A DNA stretch of 64,000 nucleotides from contig DATJPV010000025.1 in the NCBI GenBank assembly GCA_035506195.1, positions 22,494 through 86,493 on the forward strand, given 5' to 3'. The notes under the pieces are model-generated. The model made no database searches. It was not told where the DNA came from and was given only the letters and a program-made list of their open reading frames with translations. Numbering within the stretch: the stretch's first letter is position 1; the number at the start of each line of letters is the position of its first letter. This document shows, piece by piece, positions 19,077-28,549 of the stretch. Source of the DNA: Patescibacteria group bacterium. Its GTDB lineage: Bacteria > Omnitrophota > Gorgyraeia > Gygaellales > Profunditerraquicolaceae. Position numbers and translations under genes: made by a program.

Positions 19077-20527
19077 ACGTATCCTGCCGCCTTTTTCGCC
19101 CTAAGCCGGTCGATCTTTCCCGCGGCTGTCTTCGGCATGGCATCCACGAACACTATTTCCCGGGGCATCATGAATTCGGGAAGATGCTCTTTGCAGGCAT
19201 CCAGGATATCCTGCGCGCAGGTTCCTTTTGCTTTCTCGTGCAGAGAAATGACGGCCTTGATCTTATGGCCGCGCAGGTCATCCTCAACTCCGAAGACAAC
19301 CGCCTCCCTGACCTGCGCAACCCTGCAGAGAGCGTCTTCGATCTCCTGCGGACTGATCCGGTGGCCGAGGCATTTTATCATTTCATCATTCCTGCCGATG
19401 AAATACAAAAATCCCTCTTCGTCTTTTTTCACGATGTCGCCGGACCATACCGCCATCTCTTCGCCGCCAGGAGCCGGCCTTAAAATCTTCTTTGTCTCCT
19501 GCGGATCATTCCAATACCCCTGGAAAACGACCCCCCCGCAATGAAGCAGAACCCCCTCTTCCCCGGGCAGGCACTCCTTGCCTTCTTTATTGATAACCAG
19601 TATGCGTACCCCGGGGATGGGTTTACCGATAGAGCCCGGCCGGCGCGCAAGCTCATCGGGAGGCAGGTACGTCGAACGAAAAGCCTCGGTCAAACCGTAC
19701 ATCAGATAGATCTGCGTGCGCGTCAGCACTTTTCTTAACTCGTCGAGATATCTGCCGGGGATGGCCCCTCCGGAATTGGTGACGTAGCGCAGGTCCGGAA
19801 AGGACATTTTTTTAAAAGACGAAATATCCTGCAGGAGCATGACCCATACGGTCGGTATCCCGGCAAAGCCGGTGATGCGCCTGGCCAGGAGGGTCTTGCA
19901 GATATCGTTGGGGAACATCGATCTTTGCAGGACCAGTGTCCCGGCCGCAAGGCAGGCGGTTAACAGCTGGCTCAGGCCGTAATCAAAACTAAACGGCAAT
20001 ACGCCAAGGATGACATCCTCATCCGTATTGCCTAAATACCCTGCCACCACCCGCGCCCCTAAAACCAGGTTCCCGTGGCTAAGGACAACTCCCTTGGGAT
20101 AACCGGTGGAACCAGAGGTGTATATGATGGCAGCCGTATCGTTTTCGGTCAATGCCGGCATCGCCAGGCAGGCCCCGGCATCCCCTTTGCACAAAGAATC
20201 AAACTCCGAGGCATCGATAATACAGCGCATGCCGCAATTCTCGGCGCGATAAGAGACCTGGCTGCGGGTAAGCGTCGGGCCGATATCGACAAAGATCCCT
20301 CCTGCCTTGGAGATACCCCAGATAGAAATGACCTCTTCGATGCTCTTCTCCAGCACAATGCCGACCCGGTCCCCCTTTTTTATGCCCCTGGAAATCAAAG
20401 AACAGGCCAGGGCGTCGGAACGGATCTCCAGCTCCTTATATGAGATGCCCCGGTCATTTTCTAGGACGGCAGGCTTTTCGGGGAAAAGCGCGGCGCTCTG
20501 GCGCAATATATCAGGGAGTATACGCAT
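19067..20527 (-). CDS. AMP-forming acyl/aminoacyl ligase (TIGR03098-like)
   Basis: YTSGSTGYPKG, LPFSFDYGLSQ, NSGG, MYGLTEAFRS, WSGD, MPKTAAGKIDR. Likely start is the ATG at 20527. Confidence 0.9.
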   Translation of the reverse strand: MRILPDILRQSAALFPEKPAVLENDRGISYKELEIRSDALACSLISRGIKKGDRVGIVLEKSIEEVISIWGISKAGGIFVDIGPTLTRSQVSYRAENCGMRCIIDASEFDSLCKGDAGACLAMPALTENDTAAIIYTSGSTGYPKGVVLSHGNLVLGARVVAGYLGNTDEDVILGVLPFSFDYGLSQLLTACLAAGTLVLQRSMFPNDICKTLLARRITGFAGIPTVWVMLLQDISSFKKMSFPDLRYVTNSGGAIPGRYLDELRKVLTRTQIYLMYGLTEAFRSTYLPPDELARRPGSIGKPIPGVRILVINKEGKECLPGEEGVLLHCGGVVFQGYWNDPQETKKILRPAPGGEEMAVWSGDIVKKDEEGFLYFIGRNDEMIKCLGHRISPQEIEDALCRVAQVREAVVFGVEDDLRGHKIKAVISLHEKAKGTCAQDILDACKEHLPEFMMPREIVFVDAMPKTAAGKIDRLRAKKAAGYVCV

Positions 20528-20537
20528 ACGTGCGTAT

Positions 20538-20611
20538 ATTATAGCATAACTGCCGTGCGCGTGCGATAGGCGAAGTTTGTTCTTTATTGCCGGGAGAAAA
20601 TGGGCTACAAT
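20538..20611. promoter_or_regulatory. Divergent promoters (ligase operon / B12-rSAM)
   Basis: Minus strand TGCTATAAT (20538-20546). Plus strand TTTATT-17 nt-TACAAT (20583-20611), 7 nt before the ATG at 20619. Confidence 0.5.
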
Positions 20612-20618
20612 GATGCGT

Positions 20619-22205
20619 ATGAAGATAGCCTGCATCACGATAAACTCTCTGGATAATTATGCCGGGATCCCGAAATGGAGATATTCCCTGCCATTTGCCT
20701 ACCTGCAAAGCTACTATACGCTGTCGAAATTCCATAGCCGCACGCAGTTCGTCGACATCGTCAAGGACGTCAACGCGGATGAGCCCGAATTGCTGGATGC
20801 CATAGAAAAAGAGTCTCCGGACGTGGCGGCTTTTTCCTGCTACGTCTGGAACACGCAAAAAGTATGCAGGCTCCTGCCCAAAATACGAAAGCGCCTCAGG
20901 CAGACCCGGATCGTAGTCGGCGGCCCCGAGTGCACCCCTGATTTCATGGGGCTGCTGGAGCCCGGCTCTTATTTCGATGTCCTCGTAAAAGGCGAAGGGG
21001 AAACGGTATTCCGTCAGCTCATCGACACTCTGCATGAAACCGGCGGGATCGCGCACGATATCCCGGGGACCATCTGTTATGCAAAGGCAGCGCGCCGCTT
21101 CATCGAAAACCCCGATGCCCAGCCGCTTAGGGATATCAATGCCATACCTTCTCCATACCTAAACGGCATCATCGATGTCAAAGGGCTGGCAAGCTCGGTG
21201 ATCGGGATAGAGACCCAGAGAGGCTGCGCCTATCACTGCGGCTATTGCAGCTATCCTAAAGGCGCCAAGACGATACGCTATTTCGATATGCAGCGGATCC
21301 TTCGGGAACTGGACCTTATTCTGGCGGCAGGACCCCGGCAGCTGTATCTGATGGACCCGATGTTCAATTCCGACCGGAACCGGGCAGGGCAGATACTGCG
21401 GCACATCGGCAAAAAAAATACCGCGCCCAAAACCGTCATCAACACCGAGATCCTTATCGATACCATGGATGAAACATTGTTTGCGCTTGCGCGCAAGGCG
21501 GGAGTCAAAACGATCGAGGTGGGGATCCAAAGTTTCAATCCTGTTGCGATAAAAAACCTCCACCGGCACCGCAACGAAAAGAAGCTCCTGGCGAACATGC
21601 GCACAGGCTTAAAATACGGACTCAACCTGATCCCGCAGATCATCTACGGGCTTCCGGGGGATACGCTCGGCGATTTCTTCGATTCTTTCGACAGGATGTA
21701 CGCGTTTAAGGTAAAAGAACTTGACCTGTTCCGGCTCTTGATCCTGCCGGGCACCGAATTCAGGAAAAAAGCGCTGTTGTACGGCATGACCTATGATGCC
21801 GCGCCGCCCTATGAGATAAGGTCGAACGGACAACTCTCGGTAAAAGAAGCCGACTATCTGGATCTGTTCAGAAAGGTGGTTCTGTGCACCGTCTGGTACA
21901 AAGAAGTTATCATGCAGATCTGCCGGAAGGCCCATTTGCCATACCACCAGCTCTTTAACGGGTTTGTGGCAGCGCGGAGAAGATCCCTGGAAAATACCAT
22001 CTTCGACTGGCCGATACACTCGAAGGAAGACAAGGACAGCGCCATGCGCATAGTCAGGCGCTTCAGCGATTATTTAGGAAAAACGGCGGGGCGCTCGAAA
22101 GGAACGTACGAGCCGATCCGGCGCAAGATCGCGCAAGCCGAAGCCTATACCAAGAAGGTCCTGCTTTTTAGATACTTAAGCGTCCGCAGCACTAGGCCTG
22201 TTTAA
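20619..22205 (+). CDS. B12-binding-domain radical SAM protein (class B)
   Basis: AFSCYVWN, VVGGPE, KGEGE, PSPY, ETQRGCAYHCGYC, EVGIQS, YGLPGDT. Confidence 0.88.
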   Translation: MKIACITINSLDNYAGIPKWRYSLPFAYLQSYYTLSKFHSRTQFVDIVKDVNADEPELLDAIEKESPDVAAFSCYVWNTQKVCRLLPKIRKRLRQTRIVVGGPECTPDFMGLLEPGSYFDVLVKGEGETVFRQLIDTLHETGGIAHDIPGTICYAKAARRFIENPDAQPLRDINAIPSPYLNGIIDVKGLASSVIGIETQRGCAYHCGYCSYPKGAKTIRYFDMQRILRELDLILAAGPRQLYLMDPMFNSDRNRAGQILRHIGKKNTAPKTVINTEILIDTMDETLFALARKAGVKTIEVGIQSFNPVAIKNLHRHRNEKKLLANMRTGLKYGLNLIPQIIYGLPGDTLGDFFDSFDRMYAFKVKELDLFRLLILPGTEFRKKALLYGMTYDAAPPYEIRSNGQLSVKEADYLDLFRKVVLCTVWYKEVIMQICRKAHLPYHQLFNGFVAARRRSLENTIFDWPIHSKEDKDSAMRIVRRFSDYLGKTAGRSKGTYEPIRRKIAQAEAYTKKVLLFRYLSVRSTRPV

Positions 22206-24388
22206 GGCTGCCGGTATGGCGCCAGCGCCTCTTGCAGCTTGGCATTTTTCAAACCGCACTCACTTGCTTTATCGCAATACTCAATAGCCAGCTTGTACTG
22301 TTTCTGCTTAAAATAATACTTAGATAAATTATCATAGGCTCTGGCATGCTTCGGATCGGCCTCTATCGCCTTCTTGAAGAATGCGACGGCTTCGCCTTCC
22401 CTGCCGAGCTTGTAGTACACCGAGCCGATATTGTTAAGCACTCTTGCATACTTTGGCGCAAGCGCAAACGCCTTGTGGTAAACCGCCAAGGCATCCTGAT
22501 ATTTCTGCATCCTCTCATACACCACGCCTAAATTATAATAGGCGTCTACGTAGGCGGGGTCTATCGCGACGGCCTTAAGGTATGCCTTCTCTGCTTCCGG
22601 GAACTCTTTCTGGTGCGTATAGGCGTTGCCCAGATTATAGTAAGCCTTGGCGTAATCCGGCTCGCATTGTATCGCCTTCATGTATAAGGCCATTGCCTCC
22701 CGGACCTTTCCTTGCTTTTCATACACCGAGCCGAGGTTATTATAGGCGACCTCCTCGTCAGGATTCAGCGATATGGCTTTCTTGTACAAGGCGATCGCCT
22801 CTTCGGTTTTTCCCATCTGCTCATAAATGACGCCGAGGTTATTGTACGGCGTCACATAGTTGGGATTTGCCTTGATCGATTCCTTGTAGAGGGCTATCGC
22901 GGTGTCAAAATGACCCGCCTTTTCGTTCATGACCCCCAGGTTATTATAGGGGATAGCCGCCGAGGATTCCGTCTGCAGGGGCTTCTTGAACAGCGCCATA
23001 GCCTCCTGATACAGGCCAAGCCTTTCATATATCGTCCCCAGGTTATTGAGCGCCCGTGCGTTGTGCGGCTCAAGCGCCAGGAGCCTTTTCAGCAGATCTA
23101 TGGCCTTGTCTAATTCCCCTTGCTCCTTATAGATGTTGCTTAAGTTCAGCAGGGCAATGGTACTGTGGGGATTATATTTGAGCAACCTGGTATAGGTTTC
23201 CTGCGGATTCCTCCAGAACTTATTCTGCGCCATACTGAGCGCTGAATACGCCAGTACCAGGCAGGCTGCCAGGGCCGTGGCGCAATATGCGCATTTCTTG
23301 ATCCTGGATAAGCGCGAAAAACCCGCTGCCAGAAGAAGGCATACCCCCAGGGAAGGCAGGTATAAAAAATGCTCTGCCATATAAGAAAACAACGGATAGA
23401 TGTTGGAGACGGGCGCCAGAGAAATCAGAAACCAGGATATGCAGAAAAATACCAGGGGGCTGCCCCTCTTGGACCTGAAGATATACAGGAAGGCATACAC
23501 TAAAAAAGCGGCTACCAGGCCCATGCCGAGCAGCGCCTGGGGATGGCTGAACTTAAAAAGGGGCCGGCCGTAATCGATGTGCAGATTATACGGCAGGACC
23601 ATCAGGCGGATATAATTTGTGATAGCCACAAAAAGCCCGGGCACCCTTTCAAGGGCGCTATGCGCGACGCCTGCCTTGAGGCTGGCTACTTTAAAAAGGA
23701 ACGAACGCGCAAAAAGATACGCACCGGCCATGCCGCACAACAGGACAAAAACGCTTACACGCGCCGGCTTCCGGAAGCAGGCGTGATAGAGCGCCAGCAG
23801 CGCGGGAAACACGATGCCGTTTTCCTTAAGCAGGAGTATCGCCGCAAAACACAGCACCAGCAGCGCCGTATTGCGCAAAACCCTCTTATCCTCCAGCTGC
23901 TTTACATAAAAGATCAGGCCCAGCAGTATGCACAAAACAACCAGCAGGTCGGCGCGGTCGGAGATATAGGCTACCGACTCAACCTGCACGGGGTGCGCGA
24001 CAAAAAACAGGGCCGTCAACAGCGCCAGGAGCTTTTCTTGAAAAAGTATAAGGATGAGCCAGTAGACGGCCAGCGCAACCAGAATATGCAAAATGGTATT
24101 GGTGAGATGGTAGGTGGAGCTGTTCAATTTCCCGAAGGTGTAGCTGATCCTGAAGGAAAACGTCGTCAGGGGGCGGTAAAATCCGAAGCGCGCCTTGCCT
24201 CCGGGAGAAAAATCATCGTTGATGACCTTCGATAGCGTAAGGCCGCTTTTGATGCGGGGGTTCTGTTCGATCACGAATTGATCATCCAGAACAAACTTGC
24301 CGTGCAACGAATTCGCGTAAATCGCGCATCCTAAAACCGCTATCAAAAACAAAGGTACGAATGATCGTAAGAAAACGGATCTGGTCAT
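22202..24388 (-). CDS. TMTC-like GT-C glycosyltransferase (multi-TM plus 9 TPRs)
   Basis: FVLDD, FYRPL, HLTNTILH, HPVQVESVAYISDRADLL, LKE, AEHFLYLPS, followed by 9 TPRs (YNNLG). ATGA overlap with the upstream gene. Confidence 0.82.
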   Translation of the reverse strand: MTRSVFLRSFVPLFLIAVLGCAIYANSLHGKFVLDDQFVIEQNPRIKSGLTLSKVINDDFSPGGKARFGFYRPLTTFSFRISYTFGKLNSSTYHLTNTILHILVALAVYWLILILFQEKLLALLTALFFVAHPVQVESVAYISDRADLLVVLCILLGLIFYVKQLEDKRVLRNTALLVLCFAAILLLKENGIVFPALLALYHACFRKPARVSVFVLLCGMAGAYLFARSFLFKVASLKAGVAHSALERVPGLFVAITNYIRLMVLPYNLHIDYGRPLFKFSHPQALLGMGLVAAFLVYAFLYIFRSKRGSPLVFFCISWFLISLAPVSNIYPLFSYMAEHFLYLPSLGVCLLLAAGFSRLSRIKKCAYCATALAACLVLAYSALSMAQNKFWRNPQETYTRLLKYNPHSTIALLNLSNIYKEQGELDKAIDLLKRLLALEPHNARALNNLGTIYERLGLYQEAMALFKKPLQTESSAAIPYNNLGVMNEKAGHFDTAIALYKESIKANPNYVTPYNNLGVIYEQMGKTEEAIALYKKAISLNPDEEVAYNNLGSVYEKQGKVREAMALYMKAIQCEPDYAKAYYNLGNAYTHQKEFPEAEKAYLKAVAIDPAYVDAYYNLGVVYERMQKYQDALAVYHKAFALAPKYARVLNNIGSVYYKLGREGEAVAFFKKAIEADPKHARAYDNLSKYYFKQKQYKLAIEYCDKASECGLKNAKLQEALAPYRQP

Positions 24389-25461
24389 CGGGCGGCCTTT
24401 GCGTTGTGAATAAAAAAGTTCAGCAGTTTTTTTGCGGGCGTCAGGCATGCCATGGAAGTCTTTACGTCCCGCAGGTCGATATTCTCCACCGTCGGCCAGC
24501 TGACGATCTTTACTTCCAGCTTCTTTGCCGCCCCGGCTCCTACCCCTGAAGCGGGGATAAACTTTTTCTCCTTGATGCGGCCCCGGAGGCAAAAGATGAC
24601 GCTGCGGCCCAGGCGGGATCTTAGAAAATCGGTTTTCAGCTGCTGCCTGTCGATATGCGCCTGTCTTGCAAACAGATCGAACAGCTCGGAAAATGCATAG
24701 CCGGCGGGCGCGCTTTTCGCAAGGCCCCTTGCCGGCACACAGCTGCGGAAACGGATCTGGGAGATAAAATGGGTTCGGCGCATGGCAAACATAAGCAGAT
24801 CATTGAGTTCCCGGTCATTCAAGCCGCGATACACCGTAACAGAGAGAATAGTCGCCACGCGCTGGCGCGCAAGATTCAGGAGGGCCTTCTTTTTTGCCGC
24901 CAGGATATTCCGGTTGCCGGAAAGCTTCTCATAGAAGGCGCTCTTTAAGCTGTCGAAAGAAAAAAGTACCTGACCCAGGCCTGCTCTTTTCAGGCTCCTC
25001 ACATATCGTTCATCCGCAAGCCTCAGGCCGTTGGTTTCCAGGACCGCTTGTTTTCCGGAAGCCTTGACCGCCCTGATAATCCGGGGCAGGTCTTGGCGCA
25101 ACGTAGGTTCTCCGCCGGAAAGCTCTACCGACTCCCCTTTAAAATCCTTCACGGCCTGCCGTATTTCGTCAAAGGCCGTATCCGACGTACGGGAGGAACC
25201 GGTAAAACAATATGCGCAACGCACATTGCATCTATGCGTTACCGGCAAAAACATGATCGTAAAATGCAGGGGCTTGCGTAGCGGTATGCCGGCAAACCAC
25301 CGGTAGAACACGGGGTCTTTTTCTACCAGGCCAACAGACGTTCCGTGCCGGGGGCAGGCCTTACGGATAAGGACCCTGCCGCCTTCTTCATAGATACGTG
25401 CAGGGGCCTTGCGGCAGCATACATTGCAAAGGCCCGTGGTCTTGCGGTTTAGCGCATGCAT
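24385..25461 (-). CDS. Radical SAM protein with an N-terminal MJ0619/Tes-type metal-binding domain (COG1964-like)
   Basis: TTGLCNVC...KACPRHG, CNVRCAYC, SGGEPTL, ETNGLRL. Confidence 0.75.
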   Translation of the reverse strand: MHALNRKTTGLCNVCCRKAPARIYEEGGRVLIRKACPRHGTSVGLVEKDPVFYRWFAGIPLRKPLHFTIMFLPVTHRCNVRCAYCFTGSSRTSDTAFDEIRQAVKDFKGESVELSGGEPTLRQDLPRIIRAVKASGKQAVLETNGLRLADERYVRSLKRAGLGQVLFSFDSLKSAFYEKLSGNRNILAAKKKALLNLARQRVATILSVTVYRGLNDRELNDLLMFAMRRTHFISQIRFRSCVPARGLAKSAPAGYAFSELFDLFARQAHIDRQQLKTDFLRSRLGRSVIFCLRGRIKEKKFIPASGVGAGAAKKLEVKIVSWPTVENIDLRDVKTSMACLTPAKKLLNFFIHNAKAAR

Positions 25462-25470
25462 AATCAATTT

Positions 25471-25543
25471 ATTTTAGTGAATAGGGCTACCTCTGTCAAG
25501 CGGTTGTTTCCTCCTTGAAAGCGCCTGGCGCATAAGGTATAAT
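25471..25543. promoter_or_regulatory. Back-to-back sigma70 promoters
   Basis: Minus strand TTGACA-17-TAAAAT (25499-25471). Plus strand TTGAAA-17-TATAAT (25515-25543). Each ends 9 nt before an ATG. Confidence 0.7.
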
Positions 25544-25552
25544 GAACTTCCT

Positions 25553-27031
25553 ATGAGCAGGAAAGTTATTCTCTTTTATCCACGCCATACGAAAGGCTGG
25601 GAAGTCCAGCCCTGGTGCGACGCCCCCCTGGGCCTTTTGTGCGTCGCAACGCCTTTAGTGCATGCCGGTTATACGGTCAAGATCATCGACCAGCGGATCG
25701 AACCGGCATGGCGCCGGATACTCCAGGATGAGCTAAAAGGCGCCCCGATCTGCGTAGGCATGTCTTCTACTACCGGCCCTCAGCTGCAATATGCCCTCCA
25801 GGTATCCCGGCTCATCAAAGAATACGCGGATGTGCCGGTAGTCTGGGGAGGGGTACACCCAAGCCTCCTGCCGCAGCAAACTTTGCAGGAAGACGATGTC
25901 GATGTGGTCGTCCAGGGAGAAGGCGAAGCGACCTTCCTGGAGCTGGTCAGGGCCCTGGAAGAAAAGAAGCCTCTTAACAGCGTCAAGGGCATCTGGTACA
26001 AGGACAACGCCGCCATCTGCCGCACCGAAAGCCGTCCCTTCATAAACCTTAACGAACAGCCCCCTCTTGCCTGGGACACCATCGAACCGAGGCGCTACAT
26101 CCGCACTGTCTTCGGCGTCGAGCGTTTGAGCTTTTTTACCAGCCGCGGATGCCCCTACGGCTGCGCGTTCTGCTATAACGCCGCATTCAATAAGAGGCGC
26201 TGGCGTTGCCTGGAGCCGGAATTGGCGGTCCGGCGGATAAAAGAACTGGTAGAGACATACAAGGTCAAAGGGATCTTTCTTACCGATTCGAATTCCTTCG
26301 TGGACATGAACTGGGCAAGGCAGTTCTTGAAAGCCTTGATACGCGAAAGGCTGGATATGGTGATCACCCGCATGCACATCTGCTTTGATTCTCTAGTGAA
26401 CATGAATGCGGATGACTTTGCGCTCCTGGAAAAGGCGGGCTGCCGATGCCTGGCTATCGGAATCGAATCCGGCTCAGAGAGAATCCGCAACCTCCTGAAC
26501 AAGCCCATCGACGTATCCGCCCTTCTGAAGATGAACCGGCAATTCGGCGCATACTCTTTTTTCCCTCTCTATTTCTTCATGATCGGCTTTCCGACCGAAA
26601 CAAAGGAAGAAATGAAGGAAACGGTTTCTCTGTTTTCAAGGCTCGTCGAAGAAAACCCCAGGGCCTCCAAGTCCGTGAACATCTATACGCCTTTTCCGGG
26701 CACGGAGCTCTTTAACCTGGCGGTTTCATGCGGGATGAAGCCGCCGCAACGCACCAAAGACTGGGTGGATTTGAATTACCGCAGCGTCAGCCGTTTTTCC
26801 GGCTTCCTTTCGGATGAGATGAGGAGTATCGTGGAAATGCTGGATTTCTGCGCGTTCTTTGTCGGCCGCAGGTCATACCGTTCCCCCTACAAAAAGACCA
26901 ACAAATTCATCGTCTTCTTAAGCAACCTCTACGCCCCCATTGCCAGGAAGCGGATAAGGAACCTGTATTACCGCTTCCCCTTCGAGATCAAACTCGCCAA
27001 GCTCCTGAGGCTCTACGCCAAACAGAGCTAA
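25553..27031 (+). CDS. B12-binding-domain radical SAM protein, paralog A
   Basis: PLGLL, VWGGVHPS, QGEGE, TSRGCPYGCAFC, GIESGS, FMIGFPTET, YTPFPGT. Confidence 0.9.
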   Translation: MSRKVILFYPRHTKGWEVQPWCDAPLGLLCVATPLVHAGYTVKIIDQRIEPAWRRILQDELKGAPICVGMSSTTGPQLQYALQVSRLIKEYADVPVVWGGVHPSLLPQQTLQEDDVDVVVQGEGEATFLELVRALEEKKPLNSVKGIWYKDNAAICRTESRPFINLNEQPPLAWDTIEPRRYIRTVFGVERLSFFTSRGCPYGCAFCYNAAFNKRRWRCLEPELAVRRIKELVETYKVKGIFLTDSNSFVDMNWARQFLKALIRERLDMVITRMHICFDSLVNMNADDFALLEKAGCRCLAIGIESGSERIRNLLNKPIDVSALLKMNRQFGAYSFFPLYFFMIGFPTETKEEMKETVSLFSRLVEENPRASKSVNIYTPFPGTELFNLAVSCGMKPPQRTKDWVDLNYRSVSRFSGFLSDEMRSIVEMLDFCAFFVGRRSYRSPYKKTNKFIVFLSNLYAPIARKRIRNLYYRFPFEIKLAKLLRLYAKQS

Positions 27032-27034
27032 CCG

Positions 27035-28513
27035 TTATTCCTGCTTCGCATAAAGCCGCAAGAATTTGGCAAGCTTTATTTCCAACGGGAACTGATACCA
27101 GAAATGCTTTATCCTTTGGCGTGCCAGGGGTGCGTATGTTTTACAGAGGAACGAAGCCAGGGGGCTGGTTTGCCGGTAGGGCCGCAGGAACTCCTGCTCG
27201 CCGATAAGGTTGAGGCAGAAGTCCATCATCTCTACAAGGCGGCGCATCTTTTTCGACAGCCACGGCGCCCCTTGCGTAAGATTGCGGTAATGGAAAGGGA
27301 ACCACTCTTCTATGCGCTCGGGGAAACGCAGGCCGCTGTTTACCGCAATATCGAAGAGCTCGGTTCCGGGATAGGGGGTATAGATATTGAACACGGCGTC
27401 CGACTTGGCGTTTTCCTTAAGAAGCCTTGAGGCAAGGGAAACGGAAGCCGCAAGGTCCTCTTCGGTTTCTGTCGGGAAACCCATCATAAAAGCGTAATGC
27501 GGGGACATATCGAACTTTTTAAGAAACTTATTCATCTGGAGAAGCTGCTCTACGTCAACCGGCTTTCTAATCAGATCCTGGATCCTTTTGGAACCGGATT
27601 CAACCGCGATGGGAAGCCATCGGCAATTGGCTTTTTGGAGCAGCTCAAAGATCCTTGCATCCATCTTTAACAAAGTGAAAATGTCGAAGTTGATCTTGGA
27701 AATAATGACGCCGGAGTTGTCTTCAATCATCCCTTCCAGGATCTTACGGCCGCGCGGGATATCGAAAAAGAAGTTGGAGTCATTGAAGTAGAGGCCCTTC
27801 ACATGATATTCGCGCACGAAATCCTTGAGCCTTTTAATCACCAGGTCTGCATCCATAGGCCGCCACTTCCTTTTGTGAAAAGCGACATTGTAGCAGAAGG
27901 CACACTGATGCGGGCAGCCGCGGCTGGTAAAGAACTCCATATTCTCGATGCCGAATATTATCCGGGCATGCTTTTTGAGATCGATGAGATGGTAGGGCAG
28001 CGGCGGCTGCCTGTTCAGGTCTGCGAACGGACGAAAGCCGGTGTTTACGAGGCGGCCGTTATCCTTATACCATATCCCCCTGACCGTGCTCAAAGGCCGC
28101 TTGCCTTCAAGGGCCGCAAGGAGCTCCGGAAAGGTCTCTTCGCCTTCTCCTTCGACAACGATATCGATGTTATCGTTACGCAGGCTCTGTTCCGGAAGGA
28201 GGCTGACATGCGTACCGCCCCATACGACGGGAGTGTTGTTATACGCCTTAACCGCCCGGGAGATCTCCAGGGCATAACGCAGCTGCGGCCCGGTCATGGA
28301 TGAGACGCCTACGCAGACAGGGTCTTTTCGGAGCTCCTCTTCCAGCATGGGCTTCCAGTCGGGTTCGACCCGCTGGTCGATGACCTTGACATCGTATCCT
28401 GCCTCCAGGGCAGGAGCGGCGATGCTCAACAGGCTGATCGGGATCCCCACCCTGGGCCGGGCCTGCCAGCCTTTGATGATGTTTGGATATACAAGGACAA
28501 CGCGCTTTTTCAT
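27035..28513 (-). CDS. B12-binding-domain radical SAM protein, paralog B
   Basis: VWGGTHVS, EGEGE, TSRGCPHQCAFC, AVESGS, MMGFPTET, YTPYPGT. Same 492-aa length as paralog A. Confidence 0.9.
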   Translation of the reverse strand: MKKRVVLVYPNIIKGWQARPRVGIPISLLSIAAPALEAGYDVKVIDQRVEPDWKPMLEEELRKDPVCVGVSSMTGPQLRYALEISRAVKAYNNTPVVWGGTHVSLLPEQSLRNDNIDIVVEGEGEETFPELLAALEGKRPLSTVRGIWYKDNGRLVNTGFRPFADLNRQPPLPYHLIDLKKHARIIFGIENMEFFTSRGCPHQCAFCYNVAFHKRKWRPMDADLVIKRLKDFVREYHVKGLYFNDSNFFFDIPRGRKILEGMIEDNSGVIISKINFDIFTLLKMDARIFELLQKANCRWLPIAVESGSKRIQDLIRKPVDVEQLLQMNKFLKKFDMSPHYAFMMGFPTETEEDLAASVSLASRLLKENAKSDAVFNIYTPYPGTELFDIAVNSGLRFPERIEEWFPFHYRNLTQGAPWLSKKMRRLVEMMDFCLNLIGEQEFLRPYRQTSPLASFLCKTYAPLARQRIKHFWYQFPLEIKLAKFLRLYAKQE

Positions 28514-28549
28514 GACCTAGCCTTTCGCGGCTGTTTTCGTGTATGCCAC

